From the human T2T-CHM13v2.0 reference genome, Homo sapiens, in the NCBI RefSeq assembly GCF_009914755.1, contig NC_060926.1: a DNA stretch of 64,000 bases; one strand, written 5' to 3'. The position numbers and the translations under genes are program-made. Below are positions 16,987-33,912 of this stretch, in pieces. Below the pieces are notes generated by a model that saw only the letters and a program-made list of their open reading frames with translations, was not told the DNA's origin and ran no database searches. The first letter of the stretch is position 1. The number at the start of each line of letters is the position of its first letter.

Positions 16987-17405
16987 GTGAGTATTTAACA
17001 CTTAATCATTGGCTGTGTATACATGTATTTTACAATTTTGTATCAGAGCCTGCAGTTACCTCCTATGTTCTAACTTCGAGTATAGCAAAGTGAAACTAGC
17101 ACAGCCTTTATACCTAATGACAGAACTTGACAATTTCAGGATAGCGCTCTCCCTCATGCCTAGGAATAACATAATTTTACCTTAGCCTGAGAAGTATAGT
17201 TTGATTTGTGGAAAAAAATGAAAAAAGGTACAGAGTGATAATGCAAAAGTTGACCAACAAATCATGGCAACTATGCCATATCTAAATTAATTATATCTTG
17301 TAGGATTTATTGAGTATTTTATTCTTAGATGCTTTTGAGATTATTTTATAACAATATGTATTCCAAAAAGTTACTTCCTGATTTCTTTGATTTCTTGATT
17401 TTCAG

Positions 17406-17535
17406 CTGTACAAAGGTAGAATTAATGCTACTAGCCACGTCATCCAGCATCCAATGTATGGAGCAGGCCACAAATTCCGTACTCTTCATTTGCCAGTCTC
17501 AACAACATTATCAGATGTTCTTGACAGAGTGTCAG
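17406..17535 (+). CDS. BIRC6: BIRC6 exon (LYKGRINATSH…VLDRVS), GC donor
   Basis: ttttcag|CTG … TCA G|gcaagt; 130 nt; the GC donor gives the phase 1 the next exon requires. Confidence 0.9.
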
Positions 17536-18053
17536 GCAAGTCAGATTTAAGTATTAGTTTTTGTTTAACTTTATGTTTGATGTATATGGAGGTTTATTGT
17601 TTTTATAACTTTATTTTCTGCATCCACTTTGCAACCATTGATGACTAGGAAAGTTCAAGACATCTTTATAGTTTGAAGCATAAGAAGCCAGTCAAGTGGA
17701 CAAAATGTAAAATACTTTTAGGCACCCCTAATTTTTTGGTTTATTGTGTCACAGTGAGAAATGGGCAGCTAGAAATACAGACAAATAATTGATGGCATGT
17801 TCTCACAATAAACCATCTGGTCATTTTATACTAGATTAATTGCAGGATATTTGGTTGAATAGCAAGATTCTAATTAATACACATTTACTAAATTGAAGGT
17901 GGTGATCAGTGATCAAGACATAAATGGAGTAGGTAGAATTGACTGGTCACCTCATTGTTTATCGTAGTCAGTGAAGAAAGCAGACAGAACATTTTCCCCT
18001 AGGTTCTTGCCTGTATTTTATAGGATGATACCTTTAAACAACATATGGGATAG

Positions 18054-18443
<390 letters not shown>

Positions 18444-19940
18444 TGAAATTCTGGTTAATCAGTGAGTGAACTTGCTGAGCATCTGCAAAGTGCAATCACT
18501 ATAATTTGTCCTAAGATTATAAACATGAGCAAGACACACATTCCACCTCACAAGATAGTTGTGATCTTATGTCTGTTGTCAACTTCTAAAATAAACTAGA
18601 AATGTCTGTTTGCATTATAACATGAATATAAGTAGATATATTTCTATCTGTATACATAAGAAGGGACCTAAGTTTTTAATGGAAGCTGTGAACTGAAGCA
18701 AGAATAGGAGTATCTAAGAAAAAAGTTGGAAATGTCTATCAGTTAAAAATACAAATCTAAAGCCCAGAGTAAAAGAGAGAGTTAAAGAGATTTGGGAGTT
18801 GTTACCACACATAGATGGTAAGTGAAACCATGTGAATGGATATAATCATTATAGGTAGGAAAGATTGTTTTCTGCTTCACAATCGCTGTGTCTAATATGC
18901 ATGTGCATAAAATCGTAATTCTTTCCTACCGTTTTACAACTTATACAATAGGTTGTTAGCATACTGTTATAAATATTAAAAAAAATTTATTTGAAAATGA
19001 CTGCCTTATCTGTTACAGAGAAACTTTTTTGAAAATTTGATGTTAGACAGTATTTTCTATCAGTTTCCTGAAATTGTCCATTCTACATGATGAAGAAAAA
19101 TGAAAATTAAAAAGTAAATAAATGGGCCAGGCTTGTTGGCTCACACCTGTAATCCCAGCACTTTGCGAGGCCAAGGCAGGTGGATCACCTCAGGTCAGGA
19201 GTTTCAGACCAGCCCTGCCAAGATGGGGAAACACATGTCTACTAAAAATACAAAAATTAGTTGGGTATGATAGCGTGCACCTGTAGTCCCACCTATCTGG
19301 GGGACTGAGGTAGGAAAATCACTTGAACCCTAGAGGTGGAGGTTACGGTGAGCCGAGATTGCGCCACTGCACTCCAGCCTGGACGACAGAGCGAGACTCT
19401 CTCAAAACACATACAAACAAAATTAAATAAATGAAGAAAGTGGGGAGGAGCACTGAAGCTCAGTTATTGATATTGATATTTCATATGTTTAACTTGAAGT
19501 GCAAAAGTAGACATTCTAATACAAAATAACTGAAAATTGAACATTTTAATTAGTCTTTACTGTGGAAGAATGCTATTCTAAAACATTCTAGCATTCAAAA
19601 TATTTTACAAAATAGTTTTCTGTATTGCATAAAAATAAAAGCTAATCGCTTTGGAAGTACACGACCTCAAAAGTTATATGTGCTGAATGTAACCTACTTA
19701 GCGATTTTTTTTGGTTCTTTAAAGTGGATTTATACTCTTTAGCCATATTTTCTGATATATTTACTTGTACGTTTATATTAGATCAACATGTATAAGAATA
19801 AGTAATTCAGAAGTATTGCCTCAGTAAATTTACCTGCTATCTGTAGCTTTTGACAGTATACTTTCTTTTTTTTTGTTTGAGATGGAGTCTTTCTCTGCAT
19901 TACTTGAGCCCATGAGTTCCAGACCACCTGGGCAACATAG

Positions 19941-20288
<348 letters not shown>

Positions 20289-22488
20289 TGATGTCGAACT
20301 CCTGACCTCAAGTGATCTGCCTTCCTCGGCCTCCCAAAGTGCTGAGATTACAGGCATGAGCCACCACATCAGGCCGACAATATTACTTTCAAATAATAAC
20401 CTTTATGTGTCAGTCTGTTTGCTTTTACAAATTTCTGTCACTGGTTTTAAGCAGTATGATGATTGTGTGCCTTACAATTTTTTCTTCACATTTCTTATGA
20501 TTAGAGTTTGTCGAGTTTCTTGAATCTGTGTGTTTTAGATTTCACTAAATTTCGAAATATTTTGGCAATTATTTCTTCAATAATTGCCTCCCCTTTTTTT
20601 ATAATTACAGTTACTTATTAGGCTGTATGAAGTTGTTTGACACCCCAAATCTGTGTTTCCTCTTTTCCCCCCCATCATTTTTTTTCTCTATTTTTAAATT
20701 TTGGATAATTTCCTGTGTCTGATCTGTTAGACGTTTTATATCTCCTTGTCCTTACTTAAAGTGTATAGGTTTTCTTCAGCTTTCTTGAACATAGTAGTCT
20801 GTTTGTACTATTTTTCTCTTCCTTATGGATTGTATGTTCTCGCTTCTTTATTTGCCTGGAGAATTTTCTTGGATGCCAGACAATGTAAATTTTACTTTTT
20901 GGGGTGCTGAATATTTTGTATTCTAATATATATATTTTATTTTTTCATGAAATATAATGATATTATTTGAAAACAGTTTGTTGCTTTTAGACTTGCTTTT
21001 AATCTTTGTAAGTAGGATCAGAGCAGCTTTTAATCTAAGGCAAGACTTACTGTAATTATTGGTAATTTTTATAAACCAATGTTGTCTAGTTTGGTAACTG
21101 TTAAGCACATGAAATGAGACTAAGAAACTAAATTTTTAGATTGAATTTTTAATTTTAATGAATTTTACCTTTAAATGTGTACCTCATTAGAATAGAATTA
21201 AGGTACCAGGTTTGAAAATGCAGTTCTAAATCCCATTTGACCCCACTATTAAGGCTCTGTCCTTATGAGTACTCTGTTAGGAATTCACTAGATGTCTAAG
21301 AGCACAAAGCATTTTATTCCCTGAAACCCTGGGGTTGCTTGCCCTGCTACTTTTCGATAGTACCTTTCCTGGCCTTCAGTGGTTTGCTCACATAGGTTCG
21401 TCAGTACATGTTGAAGTCTTGAAGACCCTGTATAGATCTCTGGAGATCCAGGGATCTCCAGATCTCTAGATGCAAATCTGCATAGATGCAAATATTTTCT
21501 TCCTGGATTTCCGGCTCTTACATCCTCAGTCTAGGGTGACAACTAGGTTGTGCTGAGCTGTGGCCTAGGAATTCTTTTCCAGACAGCTCACACAATCCTA
21601 GGGGTCACCTCATTGGTTTCCACTTACCCAGGCATCACTGCCCTGCCCTGCCTGATACTCAGTGTCTGAAAAGTATTGTTAATATATATTTCTAGTTAAG
21701 GTTATTTCACGTGGGAGATGAACCTGATCCTTATAATTCCAGAAGTGGAATTCTAAAACAGAGCAGCTTTTTGCATACGTTCAAGTACAGAGAAAAAAAT
21801 AAAACAGAAATTTGTATTAAAAAATAAAAAAGTAAATTAATATTAGAAACCAGAGCATTTTTAAAAGGAAGTTGAGAAATTTTTTTTTAGTGTTTGAATG
21901 GCATTTATTCTTTATATTTACTTTTGAAATAAGGGTAATAAATGAAAATTGGCTAAACTTCTAATTGCACTAAGTAAATTATTACCTAATATTCTTTGTG
22001 TGCTTTTCTTACCTGATTATGCTATGAATTAATTTTGTGAATTTCTTATTATTTAAATGTTTCACTCTGACCTGTGTCAGTATGTTTGCCATTTTTAGTT
22101 GCTTGGTTGTTTTTGTTAGAAAGTAAAATGTATTGTTGCACCATGCATTTGTTATGTGTATAAAATTTTTTACTTCACAAAACTGTCTATAGGCAATTAG
22201 CAATTAGTATTAAGAAGTTGTATAAATTGAAATCACTTTCATATACTAAAAACTGTAAAATGAGAGTTATTACAAAAGATGTTGTTTATTGTTTTATTGT
22301 CTCAACCTTTTTAACATAAAAGACCGGGTCATAATTGTGCTAAATTAGGGAAGTAAAAAGAGAATTGAGCTAGATGCAGTGGCTCATGCCTGGAATCCTA
22401 GCACTTTAGTAGGCTGAGGCAGGCAGATGGCTTGAGCCCAGGATTTTGACAACAGTCTGCACAACATGGCGAAACCTCGTCTCTCCTA

Positions 22489-22632
<144 letters not shown>

Positions 22633-23483
22633 TTATCTTAAAAAAAAAAAAAAGAGAATTGGAGACTTGATAACAGTTATATAGTGAAAAAAATTAAAAT
22701 TTCAAATCAATTCATTCAGCCTTTAAATTTCTTAATAACTAAATCACATTATATGATCACCCATTTATTTTATAATTTTTAGTGGTGTGCTGTATGCCAC
22801 AGTAATGAAAGGAATATTCAGAGTAATAACTATCTATGAGAGCCCTTAATACTCATTTTTTAAAGTAAAACACATTAAATTTTAAAACATATTACTTTGT
22901 TGTCTAAGATTCCTGTTTTTGTCCTAAATAAAAATTAACAGAACAGGAAATCTGTTACAGAAATTTGTTCTTTTATACTTTCATTTGTAATATAAGCAGA
23001 AGTCTAGTTTAATGCTATAGACTGAATCTTGAGCTTGAGTCCCATATTTGCCATATACAGATTATATCAGTAGCCTTTCTAAGGCTGTTTCTTCATTTTG
23101 AAAATAACATTCATTTCTATGTTGCGAGGACTGAATTAGATGCAGTTGCCAAGCACATTGAACTATGGCTAAAATAAAGCAAGTTTTCATGCTACTGGTT
23201 TTTCATTGTTTCTGGAGGTGGTACCATTAAAATACTGTATATAATACTTTACAGAGATTAGAACTTAAATATTCTGGCTTAAGTACAGTGGTGAGTCTTC
23301 CTCATCAATGTCAGTAAAGATTGGGTATCAGGCCTTTACCTCATGCCATTTCTCCTAAATTCCTTTATATTGCCTTAGTATTAAGGATAATATTATCTTG
23401 CATAATCTTCCTCTGAAATATTTATTACTTCCCTTCTTAATGATTTGGAAAAGCAGTGTATTTTAGATAATATCTTCTTACAG

Positions 23484-23615
23484 ATACTCCAAGTATCACA
23501 GCTAAATTAATTAGTGAACAAAAAGATGACAAAGAAAAGAAAAACCATGAAGAGAAAGAAAAAGTTAAAGCGGAAAATGGATTTCAAGACAATTACAGTG
23601 TTGTTGTTGCCTCTG
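23484..23615 (+). CDS. BIRC6: BIRC6 exon (DTPSITAKLISEQKDDKEKK…VVVAS)
   Basis: ttacag|AT … TCT G|gtatgc; 132 nt, phase 1→1. Confidence 0.94.
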
Positions 23616-24059
23616 GTATGCTTTCTATTTTTTATAATCTTGATTTTGTTTGGGTTTCTATAAAATATTAGAATTTTAGTTACAGGAAATTTATGTAATA
23701 CATTGTACTAATATAAAAAGCTGACTCGTAATGATGTTTTAATACTAGATTTTTATCTTTTTATTTTTATTTTTTTTCACTTTCCACTAAATAGGTTGTC
23801 ATCTGTATTTCAGAGATTATAGCAGCTAGCTACAGTTTTTACTTTTTAGGAAAATAGTTACAGATGCAATGCCAAAATTATTTATTTGTTGTCATGAAGG
23901 ACGAATAGAATTGGGAGATTAGATATTGGATTAGAAGGAACATTTCTGTTTTCTGACATTAGCTAGGAATGCATGCCTTATTAAAATATTTTAGGAACAC
24001 TGTTTTCCTTCATATTAGTGTGTTGACTATGTAGAATCTTACTGATCCTTTTCTTTTAG

Positions 24060-24224
24060 GGCTGAAGTCTCAATCTAAACGTGCTGTGTCAGCTACACCA
24101 CCTCGCCCACCATCCAGGAGGGGGAGGACAATACCTGATAAAATAGGAAGTACTTCAGGAGCAGAGGCTGCCAACAAAATAATTACTGTCCCAGTGTTTC
24201 ACCTGTTTCACAAACTCTTGGCAG
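24060..24224 (+). CDS. BIRC6: BIRC6 exon (GLKSQSKRAVSATPP…HKLLA)
   Basis: ttttag|GG … GCA G|gtaata; 165 nt, phase 1→1. Confidence 0.94.
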
Positions 24225-24665
24225 GTAATATTCCTCAATGAATAAACGTCAAAGAAATTTTAGTAGCCTTAAAACTATGTAAATCAGAGGCACAGTCACC
24301 AAAATCATTTTAATCAGGTGCCATTGATGAGATCAGTGAGTTAGTGAGACTTCTTCCATACAGTTCCTCCGAAGAGAAGTGAGAGCAAAGGAGGAGTAAT
24401 CTATTACATATCCTTTTTAACACTATCAAGTTATTTATTTCTACTTTACTGGTTTTCTAAGTTTTTCTGTCAGTGTGCCATGAAATGATTGATGAAATAG
24501 ACATTTAGAGAGTTCATGACAAGTTATTTAGGAAACACCGTGGGGCAAATTTGTAGGACTAGTTCAAGCAGTAGAACTCTTAGACCACTGGTAGTTAAGC
24601 CATATGTTCTTCCCAGATAAAACACAGTTATTGAGCACCATCCTGTCTGTTGTTCAAGGTGATAA

Positions 24666-27617
<2,952 letters not shown>

Positions 27618-27819
27618 TATTTTATCACCATTTTCATGCTGTATTAAAATGAAATTGCCAACTCAGTTCAAAGGAATTTTTCTTCTTAGCTTTACATTGT
27701 TGATTCATGGTGGAGGCGAACAAACTATCGACTGGTGGGTTGGATACCTTGGTCCAGAGAGGTCCTTGTGACATATCTCATGGCCCATTACCTAGGTGAT
27801 GTGAGTCTTGCCTTCTGCC

Positions 27820-27980
27820 TGCAATAAAGTTTTGTTGGAATGCAGCTATGCCCATTTACTAGTGTATTGTCCATAGCTGCTTCTCTGCTACAATGTAGAT
27901 TAGCAGTTGTAACAGAGACTATATGGCCCCCCCAGGTTAAAGTATTTATTAGCTGTCCTTTTATAGAAAAAAATGTCCCA
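27820..27980. mobile_element. MER58-like hAT element
   Basis: aataaagttttgttggaatgcagctatgccc…acagagactatatggccc…tttatagaaaaaa. Confidence 0.7.
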
Positions 27981-28246
27981 CATCAGATTTATGGAAATGT
28001 CTGTTCCTTTGTTTACGTTTTGCCCATGACTTTTTAACACTTTCACAGACATTATTGTTCATTATTATATGTCAGAAATAAACTCACTTTTTGTAAACTT
28101 TCCAATGGCTGTTGAATTTTTTAATTGTTTTGAAATTGGTTTCAGAATCAAACTCTTGCCTGTAATTTAGTAAAAGCAGATAATAATTAAACCAAGTAAA
28201 TGTTTCTTTCTCGGTTTCCAGATTTAACTTAGTTATATCATTTTAG

Positions 28247-28420
28247 GCCAGCCATTGCCAGCTGAAATGACACTTGCCCAGCTTTTAACTCTCCTATATG
28301 ACCGAAAACTTCCTCAGGGTTACCGCTCAATAGATCTGACTGTTAAATTGGGATCAAGAGTTATAACAGACCCCAGTCTATCAAAAACAGATTCTTATAA
28401 AAGACTACACCCTGAAAAAG
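28247..28420 (+). CDS. BIRC6: BIRC6 exon (GQPLPAEMTLAQLL…LHPEK)
   Basis: ttttag|GC … AAA G|gtatgt; 174 nt, phase 1→1. Confidence 0.94.
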
Positions 28421-28816
28421 GTATGTGCATAATACTACTTTAAAAATTACAGACTGTCATACAAAGAGGCAGAGATTTCTATAGCTAATGACTTAATTGA
28501 CTTGTGTTTTTATTGTATCAACATAAGATATAATTTTTTTATGACTGAATTTTTGTAAATATAAAAAATGGCCATTATTTCATTTGGAAACTAAGTTGCA
28601 TTATTTCTTATAACATCATTTGTTTTATGAGCGCATGTACTTTAATTTCTGATATTTCTGTGAGAGCTATGTGAATTGTCATTTTATAATAAAAGTGAGA
28701 AACTCAACTTACAACTTTGTTATAATTTATATTGAGTGGCATTTCTTGCATATAAACATGTTTTCTCATATAATTGGGATCACATATTTTTGTTTTTTAC
28801 TTATATATTCCATTAA

Positions 28817-29026
<210 letters not shown>

Positions 29027-29621
29027 TAACTCCTGACCTCAACTTATCTGCCCGCTTCGGCCTCACAAAGTGCTGGGATATAGGCATGAGCCACCGCACC
29101 CGGCCCTTATATTCCATTAAATATTTTTGAATATCCATTTTTGAATTGGCTATTTTTTCATAAAAATGTAAGAAAATTTATTTGTTCCCCAATCATCGAA
29201 ACATTGTGGTTGTTTCCAATTTTTTACTCCTATAAATGCTATATAAGTAGTTTTCATAGTGTGAGTATGATATGAACTTACTTAAACTTTCCATCTTTCT
29301 CATGACTAAAATTCAGTCTTTAGTTATTGGTCTTTTGTATTCTTCAGCAAATTTTGGTACATTGTCTTTGCCCAGTTTTTCAGCACGATTATTTCTCTCT
29401 TTTGTTTTAATGTTTAAAGGGTCTGGTTACGTGACCTTTTGGTTTTCTTTGGTGAGTAATTCAGAGTTAAACTAATATGGTATAATTTTTTGTTTTAAGT
29501 AAGGGAAGTCTTTGTCATTAATTTTTCTTAATAGGATACTTTAGAGCATATTATTTGCTATGAGAACTTTGAGAACTTATTTATTTTAACATAGGATATA
29601 CGTTAAAGTATGCCCTAAAGG

Positions 29622-29755
29622 ACAGTGCTTCTCAAACTTCAGTATGCTTACAAATGACCAGCATCATACTGTTAAAATGGAGATTCTTCATTTCAAACTA
29701 GCTTGCAGGTGATGCCAATACTACTAGTCCATGAACCATTCTTCCAATAACAAGA
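29622..29755. mobile_element. MER5-like hAT element
   Basis: cagtgcttctcaaactt…tgttaaaatggagattc…caggtgatgcc. Confidence 0.65.
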
Positions 29756-29951
29756 CTAAAGAAGGCAGTATCAGAAGTCATTTAAAGGTCATTGTACCGT
29801 CTAGCCATAATACAGCTATATCTAAATAAATGATGTTTTGTGCTCTTTTTTGAGTAGCAAGAAAGCAGTAATACCTGCTTTTGTAAATGAAAGAATATTA
29901 TAAAAATATACCCTTTCTTACCTATTCAGTTATTTGTAATTTATTGTCTAG

Positions 29952-30148
29952 ATCATGGAGACTTACTTGCTAGCTGTCCAGAAGATGAGGCTCTCACTCC
30001 AGGTGATGAATGCATGGATGGGATACTGGATGAATCTTTGCTTGAAACCTGTCCAATTCAGTCACCATTACAAGTTTTTGCAGGAATGGGTGGACTGGCT
30101 CTTATTGCTGAAAGACTACCCATGCTATATCCAGAAGTAATTCAACAG
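29952..30148 (+). CDS. BIRC6: BIRC6 exon (DHGDLLASCPEDE…PEVIQQ)
   Basis: gtctag|AT … CAG|gtaaga; 197 nt, phase 1→0. Confidence 0.95.
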
Positions 30149-30729
30149 GTAAGATAAGATTTCCTAATCGAGTATATCATTCCATAGCTAAGCCCTTCAT
30201 TCTTTTTAATGTTTGTTTTTTAATGTACTTGGATTAACTTTGTAGAAATACCCTTTGCTTTATATTTTTTCAACATTATATAACTCTTTCAATGGTCAGT
30301 CTGTACAGAGCTTCATGACCTTCAGTAGGTATGGAAGAAATGTTGAAGATCAAGCACACTTGCCAGACTTACTACACTGTTGCATTTATCTTGATTTCAT
30401 GGTTGTAACACTAGCATTCTCTTTTCTATGCTGCTTTAAGTGTGATATTTATTAGAGATATTATTGGAAATAGGAGAAGTAAAATAGCAGTGTATACTGC
30501 CACCAATATATGTCTTTTTGTTTACCTTTTATTCCTGTTTCAGGTGCCATTTCCATTTTTGGTGGTTTAAAAACATGACCTATTCCCGTGTTCATTTACG
30601 AAGCTGTCAATGTCTGTGCTTTCCATGCTCTTGTATCAATCAGTAGGAAGTATGGTGCATGGAGAGTTGTAAAAACAAAACTTTGTGTTTGTTGAATGAA
30701 GTAGGGGAATTATTCTCTTTGATTTCATG

Positions 30730-30732
<3 letters not shown>

Positions 30733-30784
<52 letters not shown>
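30733..30784. repeat. (GT)n microsatellite, about 26 units
   Basis: Directly visible. Confidence 0.97.
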
Positions 30785-30785
<1 letters not shown>

Positions 30786-30859
30786 TTATTTTGGTATAGT
30801 AGCTCTAGACTCTATTATAGTTTCCTGAGCTGCTGTACCAAAATACCACAAACGGGCTG
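30766..30859 (+). ncRNA. MIR558: pre-miR-558 hairpin (mature TGAGCTGCTGTACCAAAAT at 30826-30844)
   Basis: 5' arm TGTGGTTATTTTGGTATAGTAGCTC pairs with 3' arm GAGCTGCTGTACCAAAATACCACA; sequence recognised as hsa-mir-558, known to be intronic in BIRC6. Confidence 0.9.
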
Positions 30860-31268
30860 GCTTAAAACAACTGAAATTTATTCTCAATAGTTGAGGAGGC
30901 TGTAAGTCTGAAATCAAGATATCAGCAGGGCCATGCTCCCTCTGAATTCAGGCTGTAGGGAAGACTCCTTCCTTGCTTCTTCCTGGCTTCTATTGGTTGC
31001 CAGTAGTTCTTGCTGTTCATTGGTTTGTAGCTGAATCACTTTAATTTCTGCCTACGTCGTCATATGGCCATCTTTCCTGTGTGTCCTTGTATCTCTTTCT
31101 CCTTATAAGGACACCAGTCATTTAATGTAGGGTCCTGCAAACCATTATCTCCTCATCTTAACTTGATTACATCTGCAAAGGCCCCATTTCCAAATAAGGT
31201 CATCTTCATAGGTGCTAGGGGTTAGGACTTGAACATATCTTGGGAGGACAAAATGCAACACACAATAA
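30815..31268. mobile_element. MLT1C-like MaLR LTR
   Basis: …agtttcctgagctgctgtaccaaaataccacaaa…ggcttaaaacaactgaaatttattctc…ttccaaataaggtc… typical MLT1 sequence. Confidence 0.8.
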
Positions 31269-31489
31269 TACTTATTCATGTTATTGCTTCCCTAGTATTC
31301 AAAAATATAAGATGATATAACTATGTTATAAGGTGATTGACACAGAATGAGCAAAATTTTCTTACTAGACAATGACATAATTACTCAAAAGTTTGAAGCA
31401 GAAAAGACCCCAACATTTTCAGCATTATTATTGCTCAACATAAATGATTTTTTCTAATTTAGTATTCAGTGTGGTTCACTATATTGATT

Positions 31490-32550
31490 AGTAACTGGAA
31501 ATGGGGTCCTGGTAATACATACCTAAGAATGTGAAAGTGACTTTAGAATTGGGTACTTGGCAGAGTATGGAATAATTTTGAGTAGCATGATTTAAAAAAA
31601 AAATCTAGATTACCTTGAATAGATTGTTAGATAAAATGTGGATGATAAAGCTTCTGCCAGTGAGGGCCCAGAAGGAAGTAAGGATCATAGGGGAGAAAAC
31701 CTACAGTGTCTTAGAGAATATCTGAATTGTCATAAGCAGACTTGGTAGACATACAGGTGTTTAAAGTGCTGACAAGGTGGTTTAGAAGGAAATGAGGAAC
31801 ATGTTACCGGAACCTGAAGGAAAAGGGATCTTTGTCATATAGAAGCAGAACTATTAACTCATTTGTGTCCTAAATATAGAAAGCAGCACTTCTGCTGTAA
31901 TGAACTTGGATGTAATGAACTTACATGTAATGAACATGTAATGAACTTGGATGTTTAGCTGAGATTTCCACACAAAGTGGTGAAAGTACAACCTGTCTTT
32001 TTCTTGCTGCTTATAGTGAAATGTGCGAGGAAAGATATAAATTGAGAGAAGAACTGTTGAAAAACAAGCAATCAGTGCTTGTCAATTTGTGAAATTACCT
32101 ATCCAGATCACAGAAGGTGCTAAAATTTAGATATTTGCTATCAGAAAAGCATGCTCCAAAGTATAAGCCAAGAGTGAGGCTGGACAACCTTTTGCTAGTG
32201 CCTTAGAAACATCAAAAGTCAGAGTATTCAGTCACATAGAGGGCTCTTTGAAGAGATTAGGCATGTAACTCATGGATCTCCTCAGCCGTCTAAGCATAAG
32301 CGAGGAATAGAGGATATGATGTGATGATGGAAGCATCCAAGAGCCATGGAACGTAAGTAGCCTCTGGAAGCTGGAAAAGGTGAGGAACTGTTATTTCCTA
32401 AGAGCCTCCAGAAGCAATGCATCCTTTGATTTTAGTCCCATAAGACCTGTTTTGGATTTCTGACCTCTGGAATTTTAAAATAATAAATTGTGCTGTTCTG
32501 AGCCACTGAGTTTGTGGCAATGTGTTATAGCAGCAGTAGAAAACTAATAC
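31490..32550 (+). mobile_element. MLT1 internal fragment plus MLT1 LTR 3' part
   Basis: acctaagaatgtgaaagtgactttagaattgggta (MaLR-int start) and LTR end ttatagcagcagtagaaaactaataca. Confidence 0.7.
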
Positions 32551-32682
32551 AGAGTTTGGTCTGTAGTTGTAATGCCTTTGTCTGGTTTTGGTGTCAGGAT
32601 ACTACTAGCTATATGGGATGGGTTGAGAATTTCTAATATATCAAATTAAGGATACTGTTAGGTGTGTTTAATAAGAGACACT

Positions 32683-33552
<870 letters not shown>

Positions 33553-33912
33553 TCAATTCAACATGTAAGAAACTGTTAACTCATGCAGGATATGCATGCC
33601 TGGAACTGTCATGGTAAAAGTGGTTAAAAACAAAGACAGCTGGCCACTGCAGTGCATCTCTGAAATCCCAGCTACTCAGGAGACTGAAGCGGGAGGATTA
33701 CTTGAGCCCACGGGTTCCAGACCACCTGGGCAACATAACAAGACCTCATACCCCCAAAAAAGCAAAAAAAAAAAAAAAAAAAAAAAAAAGCTAAGACAAT
33801 GAGAGAATATAAAAACCAGCTATAAAGAAAATGACCTATATTTTCAAAACAGCAGCAATAACACTAACAACTGGCCTTTCAACAGAAACCATATGAGCCA
33901 GGGAATTACAAC

